Position numbers and translations under genes: made by a program
Shown: piece by piece, positions 1 through 14,354 of the stretch
How positions within the stretch are numbered: position 1 is the stretch's first letter
Layout of the letters: the number at the start of each line of letters is the position of its first letter
Assembly: GCA_001655205.1 (NCBI GenBank)
Contig: LPNZ01008459.1
Span: 1 to 34,331, forward strand
Direction: 5' to 3'
DNA from: Lenisia limosa
Lineage: Eukaryota; Protista; Breviatea
DNA: 34,331 nucleotides
The notes under the pieces: generated by a model
Databases searched by the model: none
The model's input: only the letters and a program-made list of their open reading frames with translations
Told to the model about the DNA's origin: nothing

Positions 1-104
1 CCACAAATCTTGGACTGCTGTTCTCAAGAGAGTGGAAGACGTTAAGATGACTCTATCTCTTATTTTTTTTTATACTCTTGGAATCTAATTTTACTTCAGC
101 TCGA

Positions 105-3100
105 ATGGGATCAGTATCTGCTGTCAACGTTTCGGTCACTGAGTGTAGAAAACTGTAAGTACCAAACTATTCTGGTTGTTGTTTTATATAGAGATTATTT
201 TTCATATAATATTAAGATTCTTGCATTGATTCTGTGATAAACAGGCTGGTTCAGATTACGCTCAGATTCTGAGTTCACTAGTCTCATATTTCTGATGTCA
301 TATTGACTTAACGTATCTATAATGCACATCACAATGAATAGAAATGTCACATTCCAGCAAAACCCTCCTGAAACACTCCCCTGATGCCTATGCCATGGTA
401 TATGTTAATGACAAACCATTTGCCTCCACCGCACAAGTCATTGAATCGGGAAAGGTAACTGAGAATATCTCAAGTTTTATTTGAACCCAAAAACAAACAT
501 CATTTTCTCATCTGCTCCTCAGAACAAAGATGAAGTATTCTGGGGTGAGGATGTGGCCGTTGAAGTTACGGACGAGTTTACTAACGTTCGAATAGCGGTC
601 TGGGATGGTTCTAGAAAGTAAGTGGACTGGAGCACTGGTATGATGCTCCACAGAGTATGCTAACGCTTCAGGCATTGTCGTGTTGATTATTGTGTTGGAC
701 AGGCTAACTTCACTCGTGAGTCTCTGAGTGACTACAAGCTGCACCAGGGATGGTACGATTTACTGCAACCGCCTTTCCTCGTTGGATCTCCTGGAGGCCT
801 GGTAAGTGATATGCCATGTATTCGCCATGCTGTCTGTTGACATGGTAATTAATCTTACAGGTCCGTCTTGTTCTCTCCAAGATCGACCCAGTGGTCAAAA
901 CAACGGGGCGGAGTAGCACCATCACGAGGGGCAAGCTCGAGGTCACTGTGGTTGAGGCTCTGAAGTGCGTCGGAAATTGATCATTGAACTGTCTTGATGG
1001 GACCACTGGAAAACTGAACTTGACATTCATGTAGTGTGGCAACTTCAAGAAGAGAGGGTAACCTGTCTGTGACTGTCAACTTTGACCGTAAAACTAAAAG
1101 CACCAAGGTTGGTTGAGGAAAACAACTCATTACGTTAAGAGGACCGTTTCCGCAACTTGAGTCTTCTGCTTACCTCCACAGGAAGTTGCACGAGGATCAC
1201 ACCCCGTTTGGAACGAAGTTTTAGATTTTGACCTGGGGGATTACGATGTCCGAGACTATATCACAGTCAACCTCATGGAAGGCACTCAGATCCTTGGTAG
1301 GGCTGGGTGACACTCCGAAGATTTGATCCACATGACTAACTGGATAGGAACACATCGTCTTGCTGTGACCGACTTCAAAGAGTTTGAACAGTTTGAAGTC
1401 AGAGCTCCAGTGTGTCTCATTGCTGACCCAAAGGAAACTGTAGGCTTTCTAGAATATCCTATTATGATATGTAGTATCATATGATATACATAAATGTATA
1501 TTTATGTTATCTTTATTTCAGCCTATTGCTTGTTACAACTTATGTTGTTAGGTTTTTGGAGAGGCCCGACTGAAAGTGCAGTGGACAGAAGATGAAGTTC
1601 TCGATTTGCCTGCGTACAATGCTCTCTTATGTGAGCGAAGGAACTGGTGGATTTGAAGCTGTTTTTTATTGCCACCATTTACATTTGCAGCTATTATTCT
1701 GCGACCTCCTTTCACGCCTCTTCGTCGTCTCTTCGATTTGTCTGGAAATAGGAACGAGGTAGGAGGGTTGTAATCTTCATTTGGGTCAAAAATTCTTGAA
1801 TGTTGTGTTTCATATTTAAGCTTTCAAGACTTGTCATCACGACGTTCTCTCATTTGGGTAAGTCATGTGATAAAAAGTCTCCTGTTGGCCATCTTTGTTG
1901 ACAATTTAGGTGCTATTCATGATTTCTTTTCCTTCATTCTTGCTGAAGAGATCTTTAGCACTGGTAGGAGATGTCTTGTTATCTTTGATGTCTGAACCCA
2001 ATACTTCTGGTTCTTTTGTTGAGTGTGTGTGGATTTAAGTTATACGTATAGCTGACCTCAACATCATCTTCCGTGGTAACTCTTTGGGCACTAAGACGTT
2101 GGATGCCTTCATGAAATACGAGGGTGAGTGCCCTTCAATTAAATGCTGGACGTAATATTTATGAACTTCCATATGATTATCTATTTTTTTTTTGGATTTT
2201 TTTTTGGGAGGCACCTTATACCACAGGCCTTCCTTGGATGCATAGTACTCTGAAAGAGTTGGTCAACACCACCATCTCTAGTACCTTGATGTTTGAAGTG
2301 AGTAGGATAGAAGTACCAGTGTCGTTGGCATTGTCTTGACCCCTTCAATGGTTTCATTTACTGGAGTAATGTTCTCAGGTCGACCCTACTCGCGTGAAGA
2401 AAGCAAAGGATGTGGACATTGGTTGGAGTAACTTGATGCCGCTGGTTGAAAGCTTCATTGATGCAATCTTCAATTCCGCTTCCTCTTGCCCAATGTAAGA
2501 TTTGATAGGGATAATCTCAACTCTACGATTGTCATGTTCTCCATTGTTAACACAACAGCCCCATGCGACATGCATTCCATGTGTTGCAGTCTGCTCTCAT
2601 CACACGATCTGGGAATGATGGAGTGGGTGGGACTCTCTTGTTATATCATATCATTATATTTATTATATACTGGTATAATATATGATATATATATCATATA
2701 CTATATACTATGGCAGTTTGACGACTTTAGTGTATTTCCAATTATTCTGATCTCGTAGACATCATCTGCAGTTTCACGGTACACAGTTGTGAGTGGATTT
2801 GCGTTCCTTCGGTTCTTCTGTGCTGCCATTCTCGGACCCAAACTCTTTGGACTGGCTTCTGGTTGGTTCACTCTTAAGGAAACTGATATGATATCATATG
2901 ATACTAGAATGTATTTTGGTCAGGCTGACTCTTCAGACCACCCCCCTCCTGAACAAGCCCGTACATTGACCCTGGTATCAAAATCCGTGCAGAACCTCAG
3001 CAATCTCGCTCGTAAGTATCCGGAATATTCCAAGATATACCCTCAGTGCTAGAATATCACCTAGATAAGAAGGAAAAATTCGATGAGAAACATGACGTTT

Positions 3101-4308
3101 CAGTTTTCGGAGACAAGGAGCCGTACATGGAGAGGATGAACACGCTGCTCAAGTCGAAGATGGAGGGAATGAAGGCCTTCCTTGATACTGTCGCGGTTGG
3201 TAGTCCATGGGCTAACATCTCATTTCACAGTCACCGCCGCCGCCACTGAAGATTCTGTCCTTGGAAGAAACCAAGTCGGCTACGAAGCCTCTTGCTCGTC
3301 TGGTATCGCACTTCAAGAACGCCACGTGGGCCTTGCCATCCTCAGATTTATATTCAAACTATTACTCTTTCATGTTATTTCTTACTGTTGCAGAGCTGAC
3401 CTTGAAAAGTCAGTGGAAAAGAACCCAGACCCGGCCACCAGTCAGACCGTAATGACCCTCAATGAATTGAACTCTCGTCTCGCGCAGGGTACCATCAACG
3501 CCGCTATTCGTATGCAGCTTGGGGTTTTTATATGTTGAATTCCAATTACTGACTCTTCAGATGAGCTTGACAACGCAACCGCCAAAGAAAGAGCAAGGAA
3601 GAAGCGAACGTTAATGAGAGATGCGGCTGAGATGTTACAAGAAGGTGTGACTTAGTCCCATACAATATCTTATGCGCTCGAATCATTTATTTAGGAGCCA
3701 CTTTATTGAAGCATGGCCAACGAGGCAAACCTCATTCAAGGTATGGGCGGTGGATTAACGATTGTAGCACTTATGTAGCACCTTTGTTTTATTCTGTGCT
3801 GAAGTTTCAGATAATATGGGTCCCAGTTAATCATAATCTTACAATATTCATAAATTGCGATTTTTACTTGAGCAGATTTGTGTGGGTGACTTTCAGCCAG
3901 CCTCCACAGCACGTTACACCTGAGGAGAACGGCGGCGGTGAGATGGATATTTGTATTGTGTCATTGTTTTGACTTGGTATTCATAACTCCTTCAGTTCTG
4001 CATTGGACGAAAAAGAAAGGGGACAAGTCGGACCGTGGGTCTATTGAGCTTGTCAATGTCATTCAGCTGACCTCCGGACATGGCACCCCTGTCTTCAAGA
4101 GAACAGGAACGAGTGAGTGATTAACATCGTAATTGAAGCCCAAAAGCCGTTTAACGTATTAGGAGGGGCAGCTGCACGAGCCTTTAGTCTGGTCACACAC
4201 CAGCGTTCGTTTGATGCTGAAGCAGACACCCCCGCTCTGGCTGAAAAGTGGTTTCAAGCGTTGTCAATGGTCGTCAGTCCAACTGCTGTCGCCAAGAAAA
4301 CCACTTAG
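105..4308 (+). CDS. Multi-exon Ras GTPase-activating protein, GAP1-like architecture (C2-C2-RasGAP-PH)
   Basis: Spliced exons give two C2 domains (SPDAYAMVYVN..., VFWGEDVAVEV...VRIAVWD; KLEVTVVEAL...HPVWNEVLDFDL). The RasGAP domain has the arginine finger IIFRGNSLGTK (Arg codon 2072-2074) and SGFAFLRFFCAAILGPKLFGL. A PH domain (LLKHGQRGKPHSR...FSLVTHQRSFDAEAD...KWFQAL) ends at TAG 4306-4308. An acceptor at 98-99 and an open frame over 1-40 mean the true start may lie left of the window. Confidence 0.92.
2641..2711. repeat. Intronic AT-rich self-complementary tract (ATATC/GATAT-type)
   Basis: Contains the perfect 22-bp palindrome TATATGATATATATATCATATA at 2679-2700. Related tracts occur at 1462-1505, 2885-2903, 5006-5070 and 33363-33427. 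Confidence 0.8.
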
Positions 4309-4449
4309 ACATCATGTGTATTCTTTTGATACTCTGTGTATATGCTTATGTACTATGTAATATGATTGATAGAATTTGTTCAAACTTACTTTGAAAAACC
4401 AGCATTTCTAATAAAACATGCAATAGAAGAGGAAAACCATAAAAGGGAA

Positions 4450-6315
<1,866 letters not shown>

Positions 6316-6623
6316 TGCAGTGTCGACTTAATTCTGCTTTAATCGACCCTGTTCTTATCAAAAATTGAAGAACGATGTGTAATTGTGTATGTTGGGGGAG
6401 AGAGAGTTGTTCAAGAGGCCTTTTTGGGAAACGAAGGCGCGTTAAATACTTCGCCGCCGGAGGACTAGTACCTTGAAGTTTTGAAAATGAACAAATCTTT
6501 TTGAGCTTTGTTGCTTTTGTACTCTATAAACTTAGTACATTGGTAAAGCGAATCAGTTTTTCAAATAGGTTCAAGGGAATAGAGCTATGTTCTAAAGTTT
6601 ATTTCGCGTTTGCTTAAGCCAAA

Positions 6624-9600
6624 ATGAAGTAAGTTATTATGAATTTATAGTATTTCTTATGTAATAAACGGGAGCTAATCTCCTTTAGCTTTGGAGACAG
6701 ATCTCAAGGTGGTGGAAAACCTCGCTCTTTCGGTCTGCTTGGGTTTCCCTTGTTTTAATATTGATTTTTAAGATTGTTGTTTCGAGAATATTCCCCTTTT
6801 TATGGGTTTACCACTCGATTGCAGTCATTTTTTATTCAACATAAATATATGTTCCTCTAAAAGCTCAGGGAAGCTTAGTCCCTATAGTTGTTAATGATTT
6901 CGTTCCGAAGGATAACTCTCCTTTCAGCTCGTGATGAAGGCAGATCCCTCTTTGTTGGCGGCAGTCATGAACTAGAGTCACTCAGACATTTGTTTGCTCA
7001 GTATGGCGAAATTGAGCAGATTGTGGTATGATGGTGGTGAAGCATGATTTCAGGAATTAGTAAAGAGTTATATGATAATGGTCTCTGTTCTTTGCTGACA
7101 CACAAGCAAATGCAAGGGTTTGGCTTCGTGAGTTACTGCACGAAGGCGGATGCTGATCGTTGCGTTCGGGAAATGCCAAACCTCCCGGAGATAGCTAGCA
7201 CACGAATCAGAATGAGTATTGCTGAACCTCGCAAGCAAAAGGTTCGGAGCTACATCTTTAATAATGAAGAGGTTTCTTTAAATTCATTCGCAAACTAAAT
7301 CTTTGTTCATCACGTTTGACCGCCTAGCCTCCTGGAGGACCACAGGGTTTCAACCAAGGTGGCCAGCAGGCACCACAAAGCATGCATCCCGGAGGATACC
7401 AACCCCGTAATGAACGCTTCAACCAGAACCAGCCCAGGGTATTCTTCTTTTAATTTTTCACTTTTTAAGAGCAACAATACTGGATTCCAATCCCTCGATG
7501 ACACTGAGAATGATCGTGGAGGAAACTATGGAAATGGTTTGTGTTGGCACTTGCTTCAATGAAACGAAACACTATTTACTCTTCCAGACATGGCGGGAGT
7601 ACCAAGAGCCGATATTGGTGGAAGAGGAAACAAGATCCAACCCAGAAGCGTGAGTGGACTAAAATGCTTCAGGGTCAGTTATTTGAATTAACTCATTAGG
7701 GTGCCAAAATCGATAACCTTGTTGAACCACCTTTCGCTGATGCCCCCTCTGGTTTGCTGAGATATTATCTTATTACCAGCATTTTTTCCTTCTCTTTTCT
7801 TACAATTGCATTATTACAGAATTTAATCCACCATCCCACAGATTCTGATATGGCCGGACACATTCGAAGGGTAGCAGAACACATTGCTACTTCGCCGCCG
7901 TCTTTGGAAGCCAAAATCAGACAACAGCATGGCAAGGATGAACGAGTTTGTCGGGGGTGACTCTTTCAAACAGGGTTAACTCATATCCAGTTTGGTTTCC
8001 TCAACGCTACTCATCCAAACCATGCCTACTTCAAATGGGTGGTGTACGCAATCAAGGCTGGAGTACCCAAGGGTGCGCCTGGATGTTTAGATATTTATGT
8101 GGAGAGTCATCTAGTTTTACTTTACTCTTTAGATGTCCGACCTGCATCCCAACCCATCCCTCCTCCTAGCCAGGCACCGCCTCAGGTATGCCAACATTCC
8201 TCAGAGCGTCTAATATCGTAGAACGTACCGCAGTACCACGACCAGTCTCTTTTCATGCAGCAGCTTGACCAAGCCAACCCTCAGTCGTATGTGGACTTTA
8301 TCACAAGCTTATTAGTTTTAGTGCATTCCCAGGCTCTATGGCCCCCATCCAACAAGTCTCCAAATCCCTTCCTGTTGAACAGGTAAATTTTCTGATGCTT
8401 TAAAATACCCCTCGCCCTCCTGCCTCGTTTTGCTTTTCTTCCTTCTTTTGACTATGAAGCCCCTCGCTCCCCCTGTCGTTGAAGAGACTGCCGAAAACTC
8501 TGTTGATCCTCAGAACGTTTACTGGCTATTCAGCCAAGAAGAGCTGGTAGGTTGCGTCTTCTCTTCGTGTCATTTCTGGCACTTATTTTACCGATGGGCA
8601 AATATGAACTTCCCACAATTTGACTCATTGATTAGCCACCATGCGGCCCCAGTATCCCCTTCGAGGAACAAGAGGTGTTGAAAGAGTTACTTCGCGCTCT
8701 CAGCGGCTCAAGAAGCTCAATCGCTGTGGGCCCTCCCCTGTTGCTTTCTTCTGTGTTTATTCAGCTAATTACCCAGGCTGCCAAGAACTATATGTCAGCA
8801 CATGAGGAAAAGAGCGCAGCAGTGGCAGCGTGTTTGAGTGAACGAATGGAGGAAGTAGCGTCTGCGCAAGAGAGATTGCACGTCATCTACGTGGCAAGTG
8901 ATGTGCTTCATCATCAGTGGGGCGAGTCAACTCTCAACTATTCTCCTCGGGGCGTTTTTTCTTAACTCTTCCAGGAAGCGTAAAAATCGTTTGAATGATC
9001 CGCTGAAGCTCTGCATTGAGGTAAGTGCCAAGACCTCCATTGATTGCTCACCCAATAGGCCCATTTGCCGTTCCTTGTCGGGTGCTTAGTTACGGCTTTT
9101 GACGTGACTGAAAAACACAAAGGTGCCTTAGAAAAGGTCAGTTGGAAATTCACTCTTATGACATGTACCTACCTTCCGCCCATATTGACAGTTTCTCTAA
9201 CCAAAATAGGTTCTTCAAATCTTTGAGAATGGTCTTGTGGGTAAAAAGCGATGCGAGTTCCTTAGGGCTATTCAGAGCTTCCAGGTGAGTGTGTTACAGA
9301 GAACCCCCCTTTCTGTTGCACCCCATTATTAATATCTTAGGCCACCGCTCCCGTTTCCCCGCCCGTTATTCCCCTCGTTAAACCCGCCATCAAGAAGGCC
9401 AGTCCTTCGGATCTCTATGAGTAAGCTCACTTTGTTAGGAAGTCATACTGACCGGGCTTTGTCCGATATTACTGTCGCAGACCCTCAATGCCAACATATG
9501 ATTCGCCACCCGCTCAAGACTTCCCCCAAGGTCCCCCTGGCTTCTCCAATACACAAAGCTTCAACAACCCCCAGCAGTATGGCAACAGCGACTTCCCCCC

Positions 9601-11954
9601 TCCCCAGGTTGGTGTAGTCGTAATCTTACAGCCCTTCTCCTCCGATATTTTCTTTGATCCCCTAGTCTTTCAACCAACTTCCTCCCCAAACCTTTAATCA
9701 GGGCCCTCCCGGGTTCCCTCCGAAGCCACCCCAGTCCTTCGACCAGGTACGTGAATAAAACTTTTTTCTTTGGTAATTGTTTTGTTTTGTTTTGTTTTAC
9801 TTTTTAGCCACCCCCCGGATACAATCCCTCCCAGCCGCCACCCGGCTTTGACCCGTCTCAGCCCCCTCCAAACCAGGTAATGCAACGAACACTACCCGGG
9901 TAGATTTGAATTGACACACTCATTGAATTCGAATTTCTTATATTCCACAGCCGCCACCATCCTTCGATCCCTCGCAGCCTCCGCCGGGATTCAATCCTAA
10001 CCAGCCACCTCCCAATTTCAATCCTCAGGTGCGTTTAATTGAAATCTTCTCTTTCGTGTTGCCTCATATTCATGATATAGTTCAACCAGTTCAACCCCCC
10101 GCCTCCTGGTCAGGCTCCGCCAGGCGATTCGTGGTCTGACAAGCCCCAACAAAAAGTACGTCTTATCTCTTACTCACCCCCAAACTGCTAGTTTTTTGTC
10201 TGACCCCTCAGCCACCCGGTCAGTACCCCCCCTCCAATTATGACGGACCGTCTCGAAATCGCTTCGGCCCCAAAGTCGATAGCGCTATGGATTCGTATGT
10301 TCTGTGATCACTTGATCATTCCTTACGTGTTTGGACCAAGTTGACCTTTGTAGCAATCAGCCCCGGTCGCACCCCGACCGAGCCAGTCGGTTTCAGACCG
10401 ACCGTTTAGGAAATGACATGCCACCTGGCGGCTTCGATGACCGAGGTTCATTTAGCGGGCGTGGCGGTCGCGGCGGTCGCGGCGGTCGTGGAGGCAGATT
10501 CGGCGGCAGGGGAGGCCGCTTTGATCGTGGTGACAGAAACGACAGATTTGATGACCGAAATGATGGTTTCGATGATCGTGATAGAAATGATCGCTTTAAC
10601 GATAGAGACAACTTCGACAGAGGAAATAGTTTTGACGACAGAGGGGGACTTTTTAATCGTGGTCGTGGCAGAGGTTTGTTTATTTGTTTAGTTAAACTGA
10701 TTTGACCGTATTAGGTCGAGGAAGAGGCCGTTTTGATAGCTTCGAAGATAGGCCGAGACGTTTTGATAGAAATGACAGAAGTGACAGATGGGATAACCAG
10801 CAAAGGGATCGTCGTGATGGCTGGGGAGATAGAGATAGACCCCCTCGCGGCCGTGCTCCTGAAGATGGTTTGTTGATGCCAATTAAAACGAATACTGACC
10901 CCTCAGACATGGATTTCGACTCCCTCACCGGGCGGAATGTCAACCGCGAACGCTCAATGTCTCTTTCACCACCACCTGCCCAGGTTTTTTTTAGTTTTTT
11001 TTTTTTAGGTTTTTCTGCCTTATCCCATTGTATCGTTCTTACTACCAAAGCTTACTATCTAGAACCGTAGAAGAAGATCACCTAGATCTCGTTCACCATC
11101 ATCCGTGTCAAGGCGGCCAGACAGACTTGATGATGACTCTCCCCCTGAATGTGAGTCCCTCCGAGCTCAAACTCACATCCTTGTTATCACAAATGAATAT
11201 GTAAATCCTACCCAAATTGTGTTTTTCATCATGTTTTAGCGCCAGTACAATCGAGTGCCCCCAAAAGCCCTATTGGTAAGCACCAGTGATTGTTTTGACA
11301 AGTCATCTCCTTTTTACTTTGCAGCATTACCCGCTGCTGCCCTCTTGCAACCCTCAGGGAAGTCTGTCGACACTAGTTCTGAAGTTAATAGTAGGCTTAT
11401 TGGCTGCTGGAGAAGGCTTACCCTGTAGTCCCCATCCCTCTGATGGAGAAGGAAGTTCCCCCTCCTGACTTTAACATTGAAGACGCCCTGGCACAGGCAA
11501 AGGCCATCGCAAGCAAGGAGCTGGTTGGCTCTTCTTCTTTGAATACTGTACCTTGTTTGCTTTTTTGACTGTGAAGGTTGAAGCCCCTGTGGTGGCGGAA
11601 CCAGCTGAGGAAAGGCGAGCTGCACCCCTTTTGCCCCCTGGTATGCGCCATGTCATGTTATGGAGGGTTATTAAATAAGAATATCCCAACAAGTTATGTT
11701 TTACAGAACTTTTGTTCTCTTGGGGCAATAATAAAGATAAATTTTGCGCTCGGTTTCGGTTCTATTCGTACTAAATTTTGATTGAGATCTGTTTTAATAG
11801 TACTCTTTGTTTTTGTGATTAAAAATCAGGTGTTGCACCAGTTTCTTCAGTGCCACCCCTAAGAGATTTGGAGTGAGTTTGGGGAAGCCGATCACTTTCA
11901 ATTCTTTTTTGTTGCAACTCACCTTTTAGTGATGAAATGGAATTGTCAGATTAA
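6624..11954 (+). CDS. CHERP-like RNA-processing protein: RRM + SURP/SWAP + CID + Pro-rich + RGG/RD-rich + RS-like tail
   Basis: RRM with RNP2 SLFVGG and RNP1 QGFGFVSY. SURP: HIRRVAEHIATSPPSLEAKIRQQH...FGFLNATHPNHAYFKW. CID: SIAAAKNYM...ERLHVIYVASDVLHH. These are followed by PPP(G/S/N)FxPxQ repeats, RGG and RD repeats, and RRRRSPRSRSPSS. The last exon gives ...RDLDDEMELSD* (TAA 11952-11954). The 5-nt first coding exon is ATGAA. Confidence 0.8.
10463..10489 (+). repeat. Coding 9-bp tandem repeat (GGCGGTCGC)x3 encoding RGG box
   Basis: Seen directly, translated as RGGRGGRGGRGGRFGGRGGR. Confidence 0.9.
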
Positions 11955-12134
11955 TGCATGTACAATAGTTAAATGAAATGTTTCTTTTACATTCGAATGG
12001 ACATAAATAAATACATAAATAACAAGATGTGTAAACAAGATGATCCGTCACAACAATACGATGCAGGTAATCTGAGTCTAAGTTGATGAGAAAAGAAGCA
12101 GTGGTCAAGAAGCCCAAGCGTATCTCACCCACCA

Positions 12135-12432
12135 TTAAAAAGCCTGTCTACACATTGGACAATTCGATTGGGATTCATTCCATTGTTTAATACAGTGGTC
12201 GTGAAAAATGTGACTGCATTTCCCTGTGACTGAAGAGTCATGTTCAATACTCTGAGCCTACCAAGAGGACAAGAAAGGCCACCATTTTTGCAACCTGGGC
12301 AAGGCAGATCAAATTCAATCCTACAAATACCACATGTGTCATCCCCATGCCCCCATGTCCACTTGGATATCATGTCCCATCTACAAGATTAGAAGTAAAC
12401 TGTTTTGCTCACGATTTGATCTTGACTTTCAT
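12135..12432 (-). CDS. APC11: Anaphase-promoting complex subunit 11 (RING-H2)
   Basis: Three exons and two 32-nt GT-AG introns (12381-12412, 12230-12261) give MKVKIKSWDMISKWTWGHGDDTCGICRIEFDLPCPGCKNGGLSCPLVTGKCSHIFHDHCIKQWNESQSNCPMCRQAF*. The RING-H2 ligand pattern is complete and the N-terminus is APC11-type. Confidence 0.93.
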
Positions 12433-12451
12433 AAGGTCCTATTGAATTAAT

Positions 12452-12512
12452 CTACAAGAGATTAATGTTAGCTCTTGATATTTACTGATTTACAGGTGAG
12501 ATTATAGCTCAC
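12452..12512 (-). other. Probable 5'-UTR intron of APC11
   Basis: On the minus strand there is a GTGAGC donor, a CTAAC branch-like motif and a CTTGTAG acceptor 20 nt upstream of the ATG. Confidence 0.55.
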
Positions 12513-13037
12513 CAGGTGAGAGAAGGATCCAGTATATGACCAAAGTAAGTATTGAATTCGGAAGGGAAGAGACAAAAGTGGTAAATACTATGTTGAATAT
12601 CTGTAATTAGTTAATGTAACTGGATTCGAGATATGGTGATGACCCGAGACTGACCAAGAAAAGAAAACAGTCTTCAGTGTTACAAGGCACACTACTACCC
12701 CTTTAACTAATTCAAGGTTTGTTGTGTTTCAATATTTTCTCAGTTTTAGGGAGGAAAAGGATGACTTAGGCCATTCCAAAAATTACCCATACAATAAAGT
12801 AATAAAAATCTTCATAAACAAAGCTGCGAATTGTTCTCCCGTTTGGTCACAGAACAACTATTCACAAGAGATACGAACGATTGGATAAANNNNNNNNNNN
12901 NNNNNNNNNNNNNNNNNNNNNNNNNNNNNNNNNNNNNNNNNNNNNNNNNNNNNNNNNGTTCAGTTCATGAACTGAACTCCCCTTTTCTCCAGTTTTTTTC
13001 TTTTTTTCTTTCCTTTTATCTTGGTTGAGGATATAAA

Positions 13038-13696
<659 letters not shown>

Positions 13697-14354
13697 GTCG
13701 CAATATAATCCTCTTTAACCAAGAACCATATTGAAGGGTTGTTTTCAAGCAGTGTGGGCATGACTTCAAATATTTTGTTGATTTAATACTTTCTCCATCA
13801 TTTTGATTTATTTATTATATAATAAAGTAGTATTTTTTTATTTTTCTTTACACCCTCTTTCCTCCCTCTCTTTCTTTAAAACCGCTAGCTAGCATAATCA
13901 CAAGAATCAAGATTGAGACAAATCAAATTTAGCGAACCATAAAATAATATAATTGTTGCCGGCAGGCACTTAGCTCGGTTCACTTTCCTATCAGCCACAC
14001 CCATTGTATGACAAATGGACAAACAGATAGCTTTAGGATGTATGGAGATTTCATTCATGTAATGAGTGTACTCTATGCCAAAAAAGGAATGTAGCAACAT
14101 CCTTGCACAAAATTCTGACAAGCAATTTCGACAGTGATACTCCACACTGCCACCTTCCATTGTAATAAATAAAATACATTACTTTCAAACCAAAGTAGCC
14201 ACTCGCTCAAGAACCCTAGAGAACCAACAACATATCAAAATCCAATAGTAAAGAAAAGAAAACATTACAAAAAACAAGTGTACATCTGACTTGAGAAAGT
14301 AAAAAAAAGATGGGGACAGACACAACCAAACCTCATCATCAATCATGAATGGAC

